Part shown: positions 26,791-38,000 of the stretch, piece after piece
Layout: each line of letters opens with the position of its first letter
Position numbering within the stretch: the first letter of the stretch is position 1
Virus record (IMG/VR): IMGVR_UViG_3300045131_000496
Coordinates: 1-60,726 of that record
Direction: 5' to 3' (one strand)
Length of the DNA stretch: 60,726 nucleotides
Source: a virus
Taxonomy: Duplodnaviria; Caudoviricetes
Translations under genes and position numbers: made by a program
The notes under the pieces: model-generated
Told to the model about the DNA's origin: nothing
Seen by the model: only the letters and a program-made list of their open reading frames with translations
Database searches by the model: none

Positions 26791-27684
26791 ATGGCTGTAC
26801 AAGTAAATATAACGCCAACTGTAGATGTTATTGACAAGCTAGAACAATTAGTAGGATCACTTATCGAAGATGATTCATCTGTATACATTCGTACTAAAAT
26901 GACGTTAGAAGCATTGCTGTCTGATGGTAACATTACTAGTGCAGAGAAAGCAGATTTGACTGCTAAGATTCTTTCAGAGCTTAATACAAGTATTGTAAGT
27001 GCTAGTCTTCAAACTGCATTACAATGGGCTTTAAAAGAAAAAGAAGTAGAAATAAAAGTACTAGAACTGGGTAGAGAACTAGCCATCCATGATGCAGATA
27101 TCCAAGTCAAAACTGCTAGTATTGATAAGATGAAAGCAGATGCTAATTCTGCAGAAGCAGCGTATAGAGCTACCTACGGTACTTTAAGCAGAGATGCTAA
27201 TGGTAATGTGATTAACTTTACTACTATTGGTAGTAAGACAGCAGCAGAAATTAAATACACACAAGCACAGACAGCAAATACTACTAAAAATACTGGAGTG
27301 CTATCTGCTAAAGAGCTAGAGATTAGGGCAGGTACATACAAAGTACTAGCGGACACTAGAGCTAACTTTGGTAGTGTAAGTTCATACACCCTAACAAATA
27401 ATGCTATGTTAGTTACCTTAGCTGACACGGAAGATACTTTAGGTAAATGGCAAAAAGAATTAGCACTAGAGCAGAGTAAAGGATACGGCTGGAACGCTTG
27501 GTCTAACGCTGTAACTTCTGCTGCAGGTATGGTCTCTACGCTTATTGCCTCTGAAGCTCCTGATATTTTTGGTAAAGATACAGATGGTAATGATAGGGTA
27601 GGTACTAGAGCACTAAATCAAGTAAACACTGGTATTTACAATTTATTAAAACTAGGTGAGCCTAGTTTACAGCCTACTATGTAG
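26791..27684 (+). CDS. Second gp54-like virion protein
   Basis: DGNITSAEKA..LQTALQWAL and GKWQKELALEQSKGY resemble gp54 segments; GGAG RBS. Confidence 0.5.
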   Translation: MAVQVNITPTVDVIDKLEQLVGSLIEDDSSVYIRTKMTLEALLSDGNITSAEKADLTAKILSELNTSIVSASLQTALQWALKEKEVEIKVLELGRELAIHDADIQVKTASIDKMKADANSAEAAYRATYGTLSRDANGNVINFTTIGSKTAAEIKYTQAQTANTTKNTGVLSAKELEIRAGTYKVLADTRANFGSVSSYTLTNNAMLVTLADTEDTLGKWQKELALEQSKGYGWNAWSNAVTSAAGMVSTLIASEAPDIFGKDTDGNDRVGTRALNQVNTGIYNLLKLGEPSLQPTM

Positions 27685-27686
27685 TT

Positions 27687-29861
27687 ATGAAAAAGCTCTC
27701 TGTAGACTTAGCTTCTGTTACTAAACAAAGTTATTTAAATAACATAGGATGGATAAACAAGTTTATCCGTCTGTGGGGAACTACAAACGTAAATGGTGAA
27801 GAAGTCCTATTAAGTAGAAGGTATTTTTATAGTAATACAGAAGCTGCTTGGTGTAGAGCTAGAGGTGAAGATGTAGACAAGGGTGACTGGGTAGAACCTG
27901 CTCCGTGTGAGCCTGAGTTTACAAAGGAAGAAGCAAAGGCTAAGAACCAGACTTGGTATCCTACATACTTCGCTCCCTACTATACTAAAAAAGACTCTAA
28001 CGGTAATTACTCTACAGATGAAGATGATCTAGGTATGGAAGTGTTTAGGTTTTTAAACATAGATAAAGACCTAGCTTCTACTAAATGGAAACGAAGTCAA
28101 ATAAAATATGCTTGGTTTCTACTAAATCCTGATAAGCTGGCTGAGTTAGAAGCCACTACAATAACTTCACTACTAAACGCTGCGGTTAAGCAACGTTCTG
28201 TAAGTGGTAAGTTGACGTTACAGGTTATGATAGACTTAAATGGAGATTTGCTTACAAGAACTACAAGCTGTGAGTATTTAGACGCTGGTTATGTAGCCTG
28301 TAAAGAACAGGCAATTGATGCTTTAGCTCCTTATAAGGCTTATACAGAAAGTACTACCAAAGACCTAGGTAAAATGTATAAGGACTATGAAGTTTGGTTT
28401 AAAGATAATTTTGAATTTATGATAAGCAGTAATAGCATTATCGATTCTTCAGACGAAATACCCTACCTACGTCCTATAGCTATGTATGCTTTCTCTGATA
28501 TGGACAGAGTAAAAATAACAGATGTTAAACGTATACCTGTAGTAGTACCTAGGCAGCAAACTTACACTGATGAAATTAGCGGCTTTTACGAAGATGTAAA
28601 CGTAGTAAAAAACACATTAACAGTAACCTTTGAGCTAAACACATACCAGCTAGATCAATCTGTTATATACTCAAGAATTATAGAAGCTGCTACAGCCAAA
28701 CGTATATCATTTTTTAGTCTTAACAATGTACACGAACTAGTCAAAAAGTATCTGGCAAGCTCATATGTACCTGACGAAGGAGAAATGACTGAAGCTGAGT
28801 CTATGGAATTTATAGGGTTAAACAACAGTAAAACTCAAAAAGACGCAGATATGTGGTTATACGACCCTTCAGTTAAGAGATACCATTTAAGAGTATCATG
28901 GTTACGTAATGGGTTAATGGGTGATGGTTCAATAGTTAAAGCAAAAAAACGAATAGACATAGTACAAAAGCTACTAGATATGGACTACAAAAAACAATCA
29001 CAGAGTACTAACTGGATTCAAGCTATTATAATTATTGTTATTGTAGTGATAATAAATTACGCTTGCAATGGGTGTCTTACCGACAAAATAGCTACAATGA
29101 TAGCTGCTGAAGTAGGTGTCAGTACAGCGGTTGCTGCTGCCGTAGCTTATACTATAGTTATCTCTACTGCACTTAACCTAGTAGCAGTGGTGGCATCTCT
29201 GCTAGGTATGTATCAACTGGCAATGAGCATACAATCGTTCTTAAAGACTATCCAGCCTATAGTGATACTAGCTACTATTATTTATGCTTATGCAGCTATT
29301 GCTCAAAGATTTGCAGCAGAACGTGCTGCTGATGCAGCTATGCAAGCAACAGAAACACAAGTAGCTTCTATGGGTGGTAGTACATTTGAGTTTGTACCAA
29401 GAACAAACATCGAAATAGCAGTAGACTTAGTAAAGGATAGTGTAAGTTCTACTATCAATAACTTTACGAGTAGTATTACCAATTTTAGTGATTTTAGTAG
29501 TATGACTTATGACAAAGCTATTAAGATGATAGATACATCTACTAAAGTAGCTATGCAGATATACGAAAACTACGCTAAGACAGAAATGAAAAAACTTAGC
29601 GATGAAATGAAGTCTATACAACAAGAAAACGCAGAGTTAGCAGAAGCTACAGAAAAGTCAGAATTATCTATAAACTTACTGATAGCTACACAGAATGCTG
29701 CTTTCAATAATCTTACTAATGATATGAGTAAAGATGTATCTATGTTTGATACGCCTTATATGCCTGCTATTAGACTAGGACACATAGGTAATACACAAAC
29801 AACTAGTGCTATAGCTTTGATGGGTGAAGCTGGTGATAACTACATGAATCGCTACTATTAG
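27687..29861 (+). CDS. N4 gp53-like virion protein with hydrophobic segments
   Basis: KKQ..WIQAIIIIVIVVII followed by several Ala/Ile-rich TM-like stretches and a coiled coil; synteny. Confidence 0.65.
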   Translation: MKKLSVDLASVTKQSYLNNIGWINKFIRLWGTTNVNGEEVLLSRRYFYSNTEAAWCRARGEDVDKGDWVEPAPCEPEFTKEEAKAKNQTWYPTYFAPYYTKKDSNGNYSTDEDDLGMEVFRFLNIDKDLASTKWKRSQIKYAWFLLNPDKLAELEATTITSLLNAAVKQRSVSGKLTLQVMIDLNGDLLTRTTSCEYLDAGYVACKEQAIDALAPYKAYTESTTKDLGKMYKDYEVWFKDNFEFMISSNSIIDSSDEIPYLRPIAMYAFSDMDRVKITDVKRIPVVVPRQQTYTDEISGFYEDVNVVKNTLTVTFELNTYQLDQSVIYSRIIEAATAKRISFFSLNNVHELVKKYLASSYVPDEGEMTEAESMEFIGLNNSKTQKDADMWLYDPSVKRYHLRVSWLRNGLMGDGSIVKAKKRIDIVQKLLDMDYKKQSQSTNWIQAIIIIVIVVIINYACNGCLTDKIATMIAAEVGVSTAVAAAVAYTIVISTALNLVAVVASLLGMYQLAMSIQSFLKTIQPIVILATIIYAYAAIAQRFAAERAADAAMQATETQVASMGGSTFEFVPRTNIEIAVDLVKDSVSSTINNFTSSITNFSDFSSMTYDKAIKMIDTSTKVAMQIYENYAKTEMKKLSDEMKSIQQENAELAEATEKSELSINLLIATQNAAFNNLTNDMSKDVSMFDTPYMPAIRLGHIGNTQTTSAIALMGEAGDNYMNRYY

Positions 29862-29870
29862 TAATAAATA

Positions 29871-29879
29871 TGGTATAAT
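29871..29879 (+). promoter_or_regulatory. Extended -10 promoter TGGTATAAT
   Basis: Perfect TGnTATAAT, 30 nt upstream of ORF 29910 (GAGGTG RBS). Confidence 0.7.
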
Positions 29880-29909
29880 TGTTCTAACTAATTTTTATGA
29901 GGTGATGAT

Positions 29910-30584
29910 ATGGCTAGTTTATGGGGTAATGATTCTTCAGGTAAAAAAATTGATAACTCTGATAATGCGGTAGATAAAGCTTTTGATGAATTTGACTTGG
30001 ATTTGATTGCATCTATGCCTAATGCCTGGGATGTAAATAACAACCCTAAAAGCGACTTTGGGTTTGGTAAGGGCTATAATAGCACGTTCTCTAACCAGTA
30101 CAAAGACTTTACTACCGCTTACAATCCTACATATAATAACTTCAGTAAGAATGCTGGCTCATACTACAACATCTTAGATAGCAATAATGGGTCAAGTAGC
30201 TTAGCTGATATGCGTTCATACGCTGCAGGACAGCAAATGAATGACTGGCTAACAAAAAATCCTGGAGCTAAGTTAAGTACTGACCAGTCTAAAGAAATGT
30301 TTAATAACTTCTATAATAGTGCTGATTTTAAAGCTAGTGATCCTAATGGCGGTATTAAAGGATTTATGAATGACTATGGTCAATCATTAGGGTTAGGGTT
30401 GGGGTTAGTTAATAACGCCGCACAGTTATATGGCATGAACAAGCAATGGGATTTCATGGATGATAGATTAAAAATGATGAAAGAAGACCAAGGTATGAAA
30501 CGAGAACTATTTAATCAACAAAACTCTCGTAACAAAGCTCTAGGTAACTATCAGTTTAACCCTAACAATACTGCGGCAGTTTAA
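29910..30584 (+). CDS. N4 gp52-like ejection protein
   Basis: GLGLGLVNNAAQLYGMNKQ..LKMMKE..FNQQ pattern; Cys-free; synteny. Confidence 0.6.
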   Translation: MASLWGNDSSGKKIDNSDNAVDKAFDEFDLDLIASMPNAWDVNNNPKSDFGFGKGYNSTFSNQYKDFTTAYNPTYNNFSKNAGSYYNILDSNNGSSSLADMRSYAAGQQMNDWLTKNPGAKLSTDQSKEMFNNFYNSADFKASDPNGGIKGFMNDYGQSLGLGLGLVNNAAQLYGMNKQWDFMDDRLKMMKEDQGMKRELFNQQNSRNKALGNYQFNPNNTAAV

Positions 30585-30595
30585 GGAGTTACACC

Positions 30596-33500
30596 ATGCC
30601 TATATCTGATTTACTAAGAGGAAGCAATGCAGGTAGTAACATTGACTATGTGTCTGCTATACCTAGAGAGGGTCTAGGCTCTGTATTCCTTAATTATGCT
30701 AAAGAACAAGAAGAAGCTAAAGCTAAAGCTGCACAGGAAGCAGAAAAGATTCGTCAATTTAACGTGACTACTGATACCTCTAATAATAGATATGAAGCTG
30801 AACAAGCTAGATTAGCTGCTAAAGATGCAGAAGATTTGCGTAGATATAATTTAGAAAAAGAACAGTTGAAGCTGGATAAAGAAGAAAACCAGAGACGATG
30901 GGATACAACAAACAATAGAGAAGAAGCTAAGTACAAGTATGACGTAGGACAAGATACTATAGGAACAAAAGCAACAGCACTTGCAGGTTCACTAGATGCT
31001 GCTACACTAGGTACAGACTATGCATTTGGTCAATTAGGGGCTATTACAGCTAAAGCAGCAGAGGAGAAAGGCTATAACGCTGCCTATAATAAGTTTGCAG
31101 AAGAGCAGATTAGTCAAGGCAATTTAGATGCTTTTAACGCCAAACAAGCAAGTACAGATAGAAGTGTACTAGTTAAACCTATGTCACAAGCAGAAGCTTT
31201 AACTGAAGTAATATCAGACGGTAAAGTAACAGATAGAACTAGAACATTGCTAGGTATGTCACAAGCTAGTGATGAGGAAGTAGGTAAACGGCTAGGTGAA
31301 CTAAGCGGTGGTAAAAATCAGATTTATAAGCCTATTACAGATGCTTTATATGATGAAAAGAAACTCAACGCTCTAGTTAAAGATGTTACAGACAATATGC
31401 AACAGAGTGAGTATGCATCTCTACTAGGTAGTACAGTCAAGGAATCAGGACTTCTAAGGGGTGCTGATACAGACACACAAAGAAAAGTTACTAATGTACT
31501 AGAAGATCAGACTAAAAATTCTGGTACTGACACACCTGAACAAGTAAAAGCTCAACGAGATACAGCACAACAAAGACTTACTAATACGCTATCAATGCTT
31601 ACTGCATTTAGCCAAAAGGTGCGTGACAGCTCTAGCAAAAAAGGAAATACCAGTCTAAAACTAGATTCTGCAGACGCTCAAGCTATTACTGACGGTACAC
31701 CAGAGGGTATTAGAGGTGTAGTACATAAGATGGTAGCTGGTTTTTCTGGTGGTAACATCATGAAAGATGCTGATGGTGACACTTTTGATGCTGTGGCTAA
31801 CTTTTTCACAGGTAATAAAGCTTCAGATGTTAAGGCTAATATGGAAGAAGCTTTCTTAGAGCTTAATAACAGTAAGTATGCAAATCTTACACCAGACCAA
31901 AAAGCTAATATAGTAAGGACTGCCTCTATTGCTAGTAGTGCTTATGGCAATGCGGATGATAAATGGTTTAGTAGTAGTAACAGTATTGCAAACATAACGA
32001 AGAATCTTGCGGATAATGCTATAAATGGCAAAGGCAGTACTGACGAAGCTTCAATGATTACTCAGTTAAAAGATAACGCACAAAATGCTTATAATGCTAC
32101 ATTAAACCAAGGTGGTTCATCAGCCTCTAGTACACTTGCTAACTATATAGATACAGGTAAGCAAAGATTAACTCCACCTCCAACCATTACTACACCTACA
32201 CAGACACCTGCCGTACCTAGACAGCAAGCAGTAGTAAACCAGACTCCTGTAGCTACACCTAGTAGTACTGCCGTAGTGGAACAACCTACTGCTCCAGTTA
32301 CAGCTATACAACCTACTGATACAAAACAAGTAATACAGCCTAATACAGGCAGTACAGGGACTAGGCTACCAGTAGATAACAATCCTTCTGTAACAGACGG
32401 AACTGCTGGTAATCTACCTAAAAGTTACACAGATCAGATGAAGTTGGTTGATAGGATACGAACTACTGAGGGTGAAGATAGAGAAGCTGCCATCGCAGAA
32501 TACAACAGTAGATATAGAATGCCTGCTCCAACAAGCTCATCTAACCTTACCTCTAGTTTACCAACAAACTATGGTGAGACTTCACTAGATTTACAAAAAA
32601 GTATATTACCTACATATAAGAAAGATATTACTGATAACGGATCTACTACTGACTACAATAATGAAGCAGCAGTAAACGCTACACATGAGTTAAGGGACTT
32701 GTATCAGACAGCAAGAATGTCTGGTAAAGAAGGTGAAGAAGCTAGAGCATCACTAAAAGAAGCTATACCTAGGTTTATAGAAACTTATGGGGTAAAGGCT
32801 ACACCTGAAGAAGTAGTTAAAGACCTAGATAAGTATAACCTTACATGGGCTACTAACAATGATAAAGCTGAGGCTATTGAATATATCGGTAATGCTGTGG
32901 TAGGTTCTGTAGCAGCCCCTGCAAGTTTACTGGGTGCTTTAGGTGTTGGGGCTTTAAGTGGTGGTGCTATAGGTACTTTAGCATCCCCATATAAGAAGAG
33001 TAATGACGGCAACTTTAACATTAATGATACTGCTCATGGTGCTGCCGAAGGTGCTGCAGCCGGCTTACTTCCTGCTGTAGTTTTACGTGGACTAGAAAAA
33101 GCTTATTCCAATGAAGTAGTTAGAGGGGCGTTGTCTGGAGGATGGAAAGAAAGAGAAACTGCAGGTAGTGCATATAACATACTGATTGACAACAATTTAC
33201 CAAAGAACGTATCAGATATTGTAGCTACAGACTACGCTAGAGCTGGCTACGGAAAGCCAACAGACCCTACTACTTTGATTAGTGCTGCAGAATTAAAACA
33301 AAGTATGATAAACCCTAATACAGGTAAAAAAGACTTAAGTACCTATATGCCTAGAGAGGTTAAGGACAGCCTTACTGAAAGCAAAGCCGCACTATCCTCA
33401 GCTAAAACTGATTTAGGTAATTTAACTTTAGCTATTAAAGAAGGAAAACAAAAAGAGGCTGAGCTAGATAAGGCTATAAAGATAGGAGAAAATAGGTTTA

Positions 33501-34234
33501 GAAGAGGTGGAGTATTCCCAGAAGCTGAAGAAAAAGAGCTTGCTAGGCTTAAAGCAGAAAAAGCAGCACTAAGTAGTATGCAGACTATTAGAGAGGCTGG
33601 TCTCAAGCCAGCACAAGCTGAAATAAATAACGCTAAAGTTGCACAGAAAGCAGCAGTAAACAGCTACAAAGAAACAGAAGCAACTATAGGTGCACAACTT
33701 AATAAAGATTATCAAGAGCTGTTATCTGGTAAACATTTGAGTAATGCAGCACCTGCAAGGTTAGCTCTACCCCCAGCAAGTATAAAAGTACCTCCTGGAG
33801 GGTTTTCAACTCCGGCAGGTCTAGCTTCTACATCTTCTGGAAGTAATTCAGCTATTGCTACTGCAGTGGCTACAACTGCACCTAAAAGTAGTCTTGCGCC
33901 AACGGTAGTGCCGACACCTCCTCCTACTCCTGTAACAGCTGCTGCTCCTACTGTAGCCACTACTATACCGAAAACTGTACTGTCTGTACCTGGCACAGTT
34001 GAAGATCTTACTAAACTGGGTGCTGCTGATGTAATTAGTATTGTAAATAGCGGAAATAAAGATAGCCTTCTCGCTAGTTTAGATGCCGCAATAAAAAGTA
34101 ATATACCAGAAGTTGATAAGAAATTACTACAAGAAAAAAGAGACGCTGTAGCTAATTGGACTCCATCATTAGATTTAGATAACCTAACTGCTTTATTAGA
34201 TGGAGCGGAATTGGTACAAAGTATAGGTAAATAA
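30596..34234 (+). CDS. Large ejection/internal virion protein (gp51 position)
   Basis: 1212 aa, no Cys seen, coiled coils, Pro/Thr linkers, Gly/Ala hydrophobic segment AVVGSVAAPASLLGALGVGALSGGAIG; AAGGAG RBS. Confidence 0.6.
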   Translation: MPISDLLRGSNAGSNIDYVSAIPREGLGSVFLNYAKEQEEAKAKAAQEAEKIRQFNVTTDTSNNRYEAEQARLAAKDAEDLRRYNLEKEQLKLDKEENQRRWDTTNNREEAKYKYDVGQDTIGTKATALAGSLDAATLGTDYAFGQLGAITAKAAEEKGYNAAYNKFAEEQISQGNLDAFNAKQASTDRSVLVKPMSQAEALTEVISDGKVTDRTRTLLGMSQASDEEVGKRLGELSGGKNQIYKPITDALYDEKKLNALVKDVTDNMQQSEYASLLGSTVKESGLLRGADTDTQRKVTNVLEDQTKNSGTDTPEQVKAQRDTAQQRLTNTLSMLTAFSQKVRDSSSKKGNTSLKLDSADAQAITDGTPEGIRGVVHKMVAGFSGGNIMKDADGDTFDAVANFFTGNKASDVKANMEEAFLELNNSKYANLTPDQKANIVRTASIASSAYGNADDKWFSSSNSIANITKNLADNAINGKGSTDEASMITQLKDNAQNAYNATLNQGGSSASSTLANYIDTGKQRLTPPPTITTPTQTPAVPRQQAVVNQTPVATPSSTAVVEQPTAPVTAIQPTDTKQVIQPNTGSTGTRLPVDNNPSVTDGTAGNLPKSYTDQMKLVDRIRTTEGEDREAAIAEYNSRYRMPAPTSSSNLTSSLPTNYGETSLDLQKSILPTYKKDITDNGSTTDYNNEAAVNATHELRDLYQTARMSGKEGEEARASLKEAIPRFIETYGVKATPEEVVKDLDKYNLTWATNNDKAEAIEYIGNAVVGSVAAPASLLGALGVGALSGGAIGTLASPYKKSNDGNFNINDTAHGAAEGAAAGLLPAVVLRGLEKAYSNEVVRGALSGGWKERETAGSAYNILIDNNLPKNVSDIVATDYARAGYGKPTDPTTLISAAELKQSMINPNTGKKDLSTYMPREVKDSLTESKAALSSAKTDLGNLTLAIKEGKQKEAELDKAIKIGENRFRRGGVFPEAEEKELARLKAEKAALSSMQTIREAGLKPAQAEINNAKVAQKAAVNSYKETEATIGAQLNKDYQELLSGKHLSNAAPARLALPPASIKVPPGGFSTPAGLASTSSGSNSAIATAVATTAPKSSLAPTVVPTPPPTPVTAAAPTVATTIPKTVLSVPGTVEDLTKLGAADVISIVNSGNKDSLLASLDAAIKSNIPEVDKKLLQEKRDAVANWTPSLDLDNLTALLDGAELVQSIGK

Positions 34235-34235
34235 C

Positions 34236-35021
34236 ATGACATACGCTATACCAAATCAATACTTTGATACTATCGTAGGTAACGGTAAGTACAGTATCCC
34301 TTCTAAACCACTCACCAGTATGACCTTTGGTGAGTACATGGCTTATGCACCTCAGCTAATTGAGGCAACTAGAGGAAAGAAAGAGCTAGGTTTAGAGGGC
34401 ACAGGTAAAGGTACTAGTGCTTCTGGTGCTTACCAATTTACTGCAGAAACTACTAAAGATATAGCCCCTATGGTACTAGGTGAAAACTGGCAATCACAAA
34501 AAATGACACCAGAGAACCAAAGGCTGATGGCTTCTAAGTTATTTGATATCCGTAAAGGAGGTAATTTAAAAAAGACATGGTCTAGTTTACCTAATGCCGA
34601 AGAAGGTGCGTATTCCAATATGACATTCGACGAAGTAGAGCCTATTATCGTAAGAGGTGAGGTAGGTTATACTGGTGATTCTAAACCTATTACTGCAGTT
34701 GCCAACAATACAGCCCCTTCTAACGAGTATATGAATATGTATAAAGACATGTCAGATAGGCTAGATAGAAGAGAGGCTTTACTGGATGAACGATATAAAC
34801 AATCAATGGCAGATAGGAAATATGCAAATAGTTTAGCTTCAATGGAGCCTGTTGTGCAAGCACCTGCTATGCAAGAAGAACAAGCAGAGCCTATAACTAG
34901 ATTAGCATTACCTAGTTATAATCCACAACCATTAGACTTGAGTGTAGCTAAACCATATGTACCAAATAGACTAGCTAAAAGCAGGCTAGGTAAGTTACTT
35001 TTACAAGGAAGTGCAGGATAG
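34236..35021 (+). CDS. Virion-associated lysozyme-like protein (lambda-R/GH104-like)
   Basis: TSASGAYQFTAET..MTPENQRLMA..WSSLP motifs. Confidence 0.7.
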   Translation: MTYAIPNQYFDTIVGNGKYSIPSKPLTSMTFGEYMAYAPQLIEATRGKKELGLEGTGKGTSASGAYQFTAETTKDIAPMVLGENWQSQKMTPENQRLMASKLFDIRKGGNLKKTWSSLPNAEEGAYSNMTFDEVEPIIVRGEVGYTGDSKPITAVANNTAPSNEYMNMYKDMSDRLDRREALLDERYKQSMADRKYANSLASMEPVVQAPAMQEEQAEPITRLALPSYNPQPLDLSVAKPYVPNRLAKSRLGKLLLQGSAG

Positions 35022-35041
35022 TTTACTGTACCATACTTTAT

Positions 35042-35050
35042 TGATATAAT
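35042..35050 (+). promoter_or_regulatory. Extended -10 promoter TGATATAAT
   Basis: Perfect TGnTATAAT, 30 nt upstream of the vRNAP start (GAGGT RBS). Confidence 0.7.
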
Positions 35051-35080
35051 AGTACCAAAGTTAACTACTGAGGTACTGTC

Positions 35081-38000
35081 ATGTTATCCAACTACTACAA
35101 TAATCCATATATCGCATCAGCTACCTTAAATGAACCTGCTCAAGGTGTCGAGGATACAGATGAAACAAGTTTAGCTGCTGCTAAAGAAGATAAGCTCCGT
35201 AAGCTAGCTGAGAAGAAGGCTACACTTACAGCCGATAAACCTTTCACCTATGAACAGGCTGATTACGCAGACTTGACTAAGGGCACGTACACAGTAATGC
35301 CTGACGGTAGAAAAGAAGATAACTCTAATAAGATCTACAATGAGTTGTCACCTACCGAGTTGCAAGCAGTAAAGGGACTAGGTATAGCTAAGTATGCGCT
35401 AGAGCCTGATAAAGCTACCGGCAAGGTGTATATGACTGACTTAGAAGGAAATAAGCAGGAGTATAACGGCCCTACTGAAAGACTCTACATGGGTAAGGGT
35501 AAAGGGCCGAATGGAGAGGATATATTCAAGCTGGGCATTAGCGCCCCAGGACCTACCCCTGAAGCTATGATTGGCACTAAGTGGGAGGGTATGGACCCTT
35601 CTATAGTTCGCTATGATTCAGAAGCGGCTAAGTACTTTAAACTAGGGAGTGAGCGTAAGCCTTATGGTTGGGCATCTGGTCCTGAAGGGATAGATACATC
35701 TACTATGCAGAGTGTACTGCTACCCTACAACGTAGCTAAGGTAATGGAGGCAACGGATCACGGTAACAAAAGTGCTATGGCTAACCGAGCAGTTCCAGGA
35801 CTTAGTTCTGAAGGTAAAGAACGCTTCGGTCAAGGGTACGGTGAGTACTACAAGAACGGAGTTAAAGGTATGTTTGGTGATGTTAACCAAAACCTATCTG
35901 CCGAAGAGTACGATAAGGTTATGGGTACAGCTGATAAATTCCTGGCAGAGCGGATAGCACAGCAACAAGCTTTAGATCCACGTAACGGTATTGTAGATAA
36001 AGCAGCGTGGGAAAAGCACGTAGCTAATAAGCAAGCTGAGTACAAGTACAACACAAACAGTCTAGCAGATAACTGGGGCAATGCATTTAAAGGGGCAGCA
36101 GCATCCGCAGGTACAGGTGTACTGAAATTAGTTGATGCCTTACAAGAAGCCGCTACATTACCTTACCAAGCTGCTACAAATGCTATTGGACGATCATTAG
36201 ACCCTAAGTATAAAGATAGGGATATAGACCTAATAAAAGATGAATGGGTAAAAGCAGGAGAAGGTAACTTAGATAAGTTATTTGGGCATGATAGAGCACT
36301 TACTGATTACGCTTCACAGAGGGCTAAAGAGGAGATGGAGAAGGCTAAAATAGACCTCACTAGTCTTGACAACTTAACTGATCTAGCTACTAACAAAGAA
36401 AGGCTTTCTCATGTAGGCGATGTAGCAGGTATAGCTGCTTATAATCCTGCAGTAGTTACTAACTCTATAGCAGAAGTGCTAGGCGAAGGAGGTGGATTAA
36501 AAGCTATTGGTAGCGTTGCACTAAAGACTATGGCCGCAGTCGCCCCTAACCTAGCTAAGTCCGTAGAAGGCGTACTAACTACTAATAGATCGGATGTCAT
36601 AGCTAAGGCAAAAGAGATTAAAAGTAGAGAAGATCTTACAGATGATGCTAAAAGAGCTGCTATAAAAGAGGTAGAAAAGGAGTACACAAAAGGTAAACTA
36701 GCTGTTGACTTACTTAAAGGTAGTGCTTTCAGTAACGCTGACGCTATGGTACGTATCGATAATGATATCGATAAGTACAAAGAGAATAACGAAGGAGAGT
36801 CCCCTACTGCCGGTAAGCTACTTCAAATTGCAGTTACGGATAAAATTCTTGCCGAGATGAACGTACTATCCGCTAAAAGTGCTGTAGGACTTGATACACC
36901 AGTCAGTTCGTTATCTAGTAGTGCTATAACTGGAGCTATTAAACAAGCAGGTGCTGCTGTACTGCATGTAACAGGCAGTATCGGTAAAGAAGCTATTCAA
37001 GAAACGATTGATAGCATAGGGGAGCAAGTAAACCAAAAGTATAACAGTAAGGAGTTCAAAGACGCTACTGTAGGTGACATTATCAGAGAGAGCAGCACTG
37101 AGATCGCACTAGGTACAGTACTAGGCGGTGTAGGTGGCGGTTACATGGGCACTGTAGGGGCCATAAAGAATAATGTAATAGGCCCTTTGGTTGGCCAGGC
37201 AGCGCCTACGGTAAGTGCTGCTTCCTCTGCCGAGAAATCAGTAAAAACAGACATTTCGCAAGCAAAAGAGCAAGTAGGGGAAGAAGTTACTCCAGCTGTG
37301 CAGTACTTTAGAACTTTAGCAGAAGTAGACAAAGATTTTAAATCGGGAGTTATTACTAAGGACAATGTAGTTGACTATATTGATAAACTAGAATCAATGC
37401 AAGAGTTACGTTATGGTTTAAAGGATGTTCCAGAAGGTTTAGTTGCATACCAAGACGCTAGGTACTTAAACTTAGCTAATCATATTAATTCGTTTATGAC
37501 AGATGAAAATGCTACTGATGAGCAGTTAAAACTACAACGAAAATTACCCACAACGCTTCCCGACCCAAGTACAGCGTCTGCCCCTACGGATGCGACATTA
37601 GGTTCAGAAGAAACTACAGTAGTAGGTGCAACTGCAAGTAGTATATATTCAGATGCAGATAGAAAAGCTGATGCAGAGAGGCTACTTCATTTTGCTATAG
37701 ATTCGCTAGAGTTTACACCAGATCAGGCAGACATTATTGGCAGTCGCTACAGTAGATTTGCTAAAGCAAATGGGGTAGAACTAGAAAGATTAAATACGAT
37801 TATCAAGAGTTATGCAGCAGTAGAGGAAGAAGCATCTATAGGTAGACGTAGCTGGTTATCGTACGAGAACAAATTAGACGCTCTGATGAGTGCTACTGTG
37901 CCTAATACTAAAGCTATCGAAAGACAGTATAGACAGCTGAATAACTGGTTAGCTACTACAAATAATGCAAAGTTAGATTTAGAAGAAGGTATCGCTGCAG

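Noticed and set aside
17172-35957. Short same-strand alternative-frame ORFs inside portal, gp57-like, capsid, spike and vRNAP genes (17172, 20543, 21778, 25069, 35772)
   Set aside because: No convincing RBS or motifs; no lipobox seen that would suggest a nested spanin
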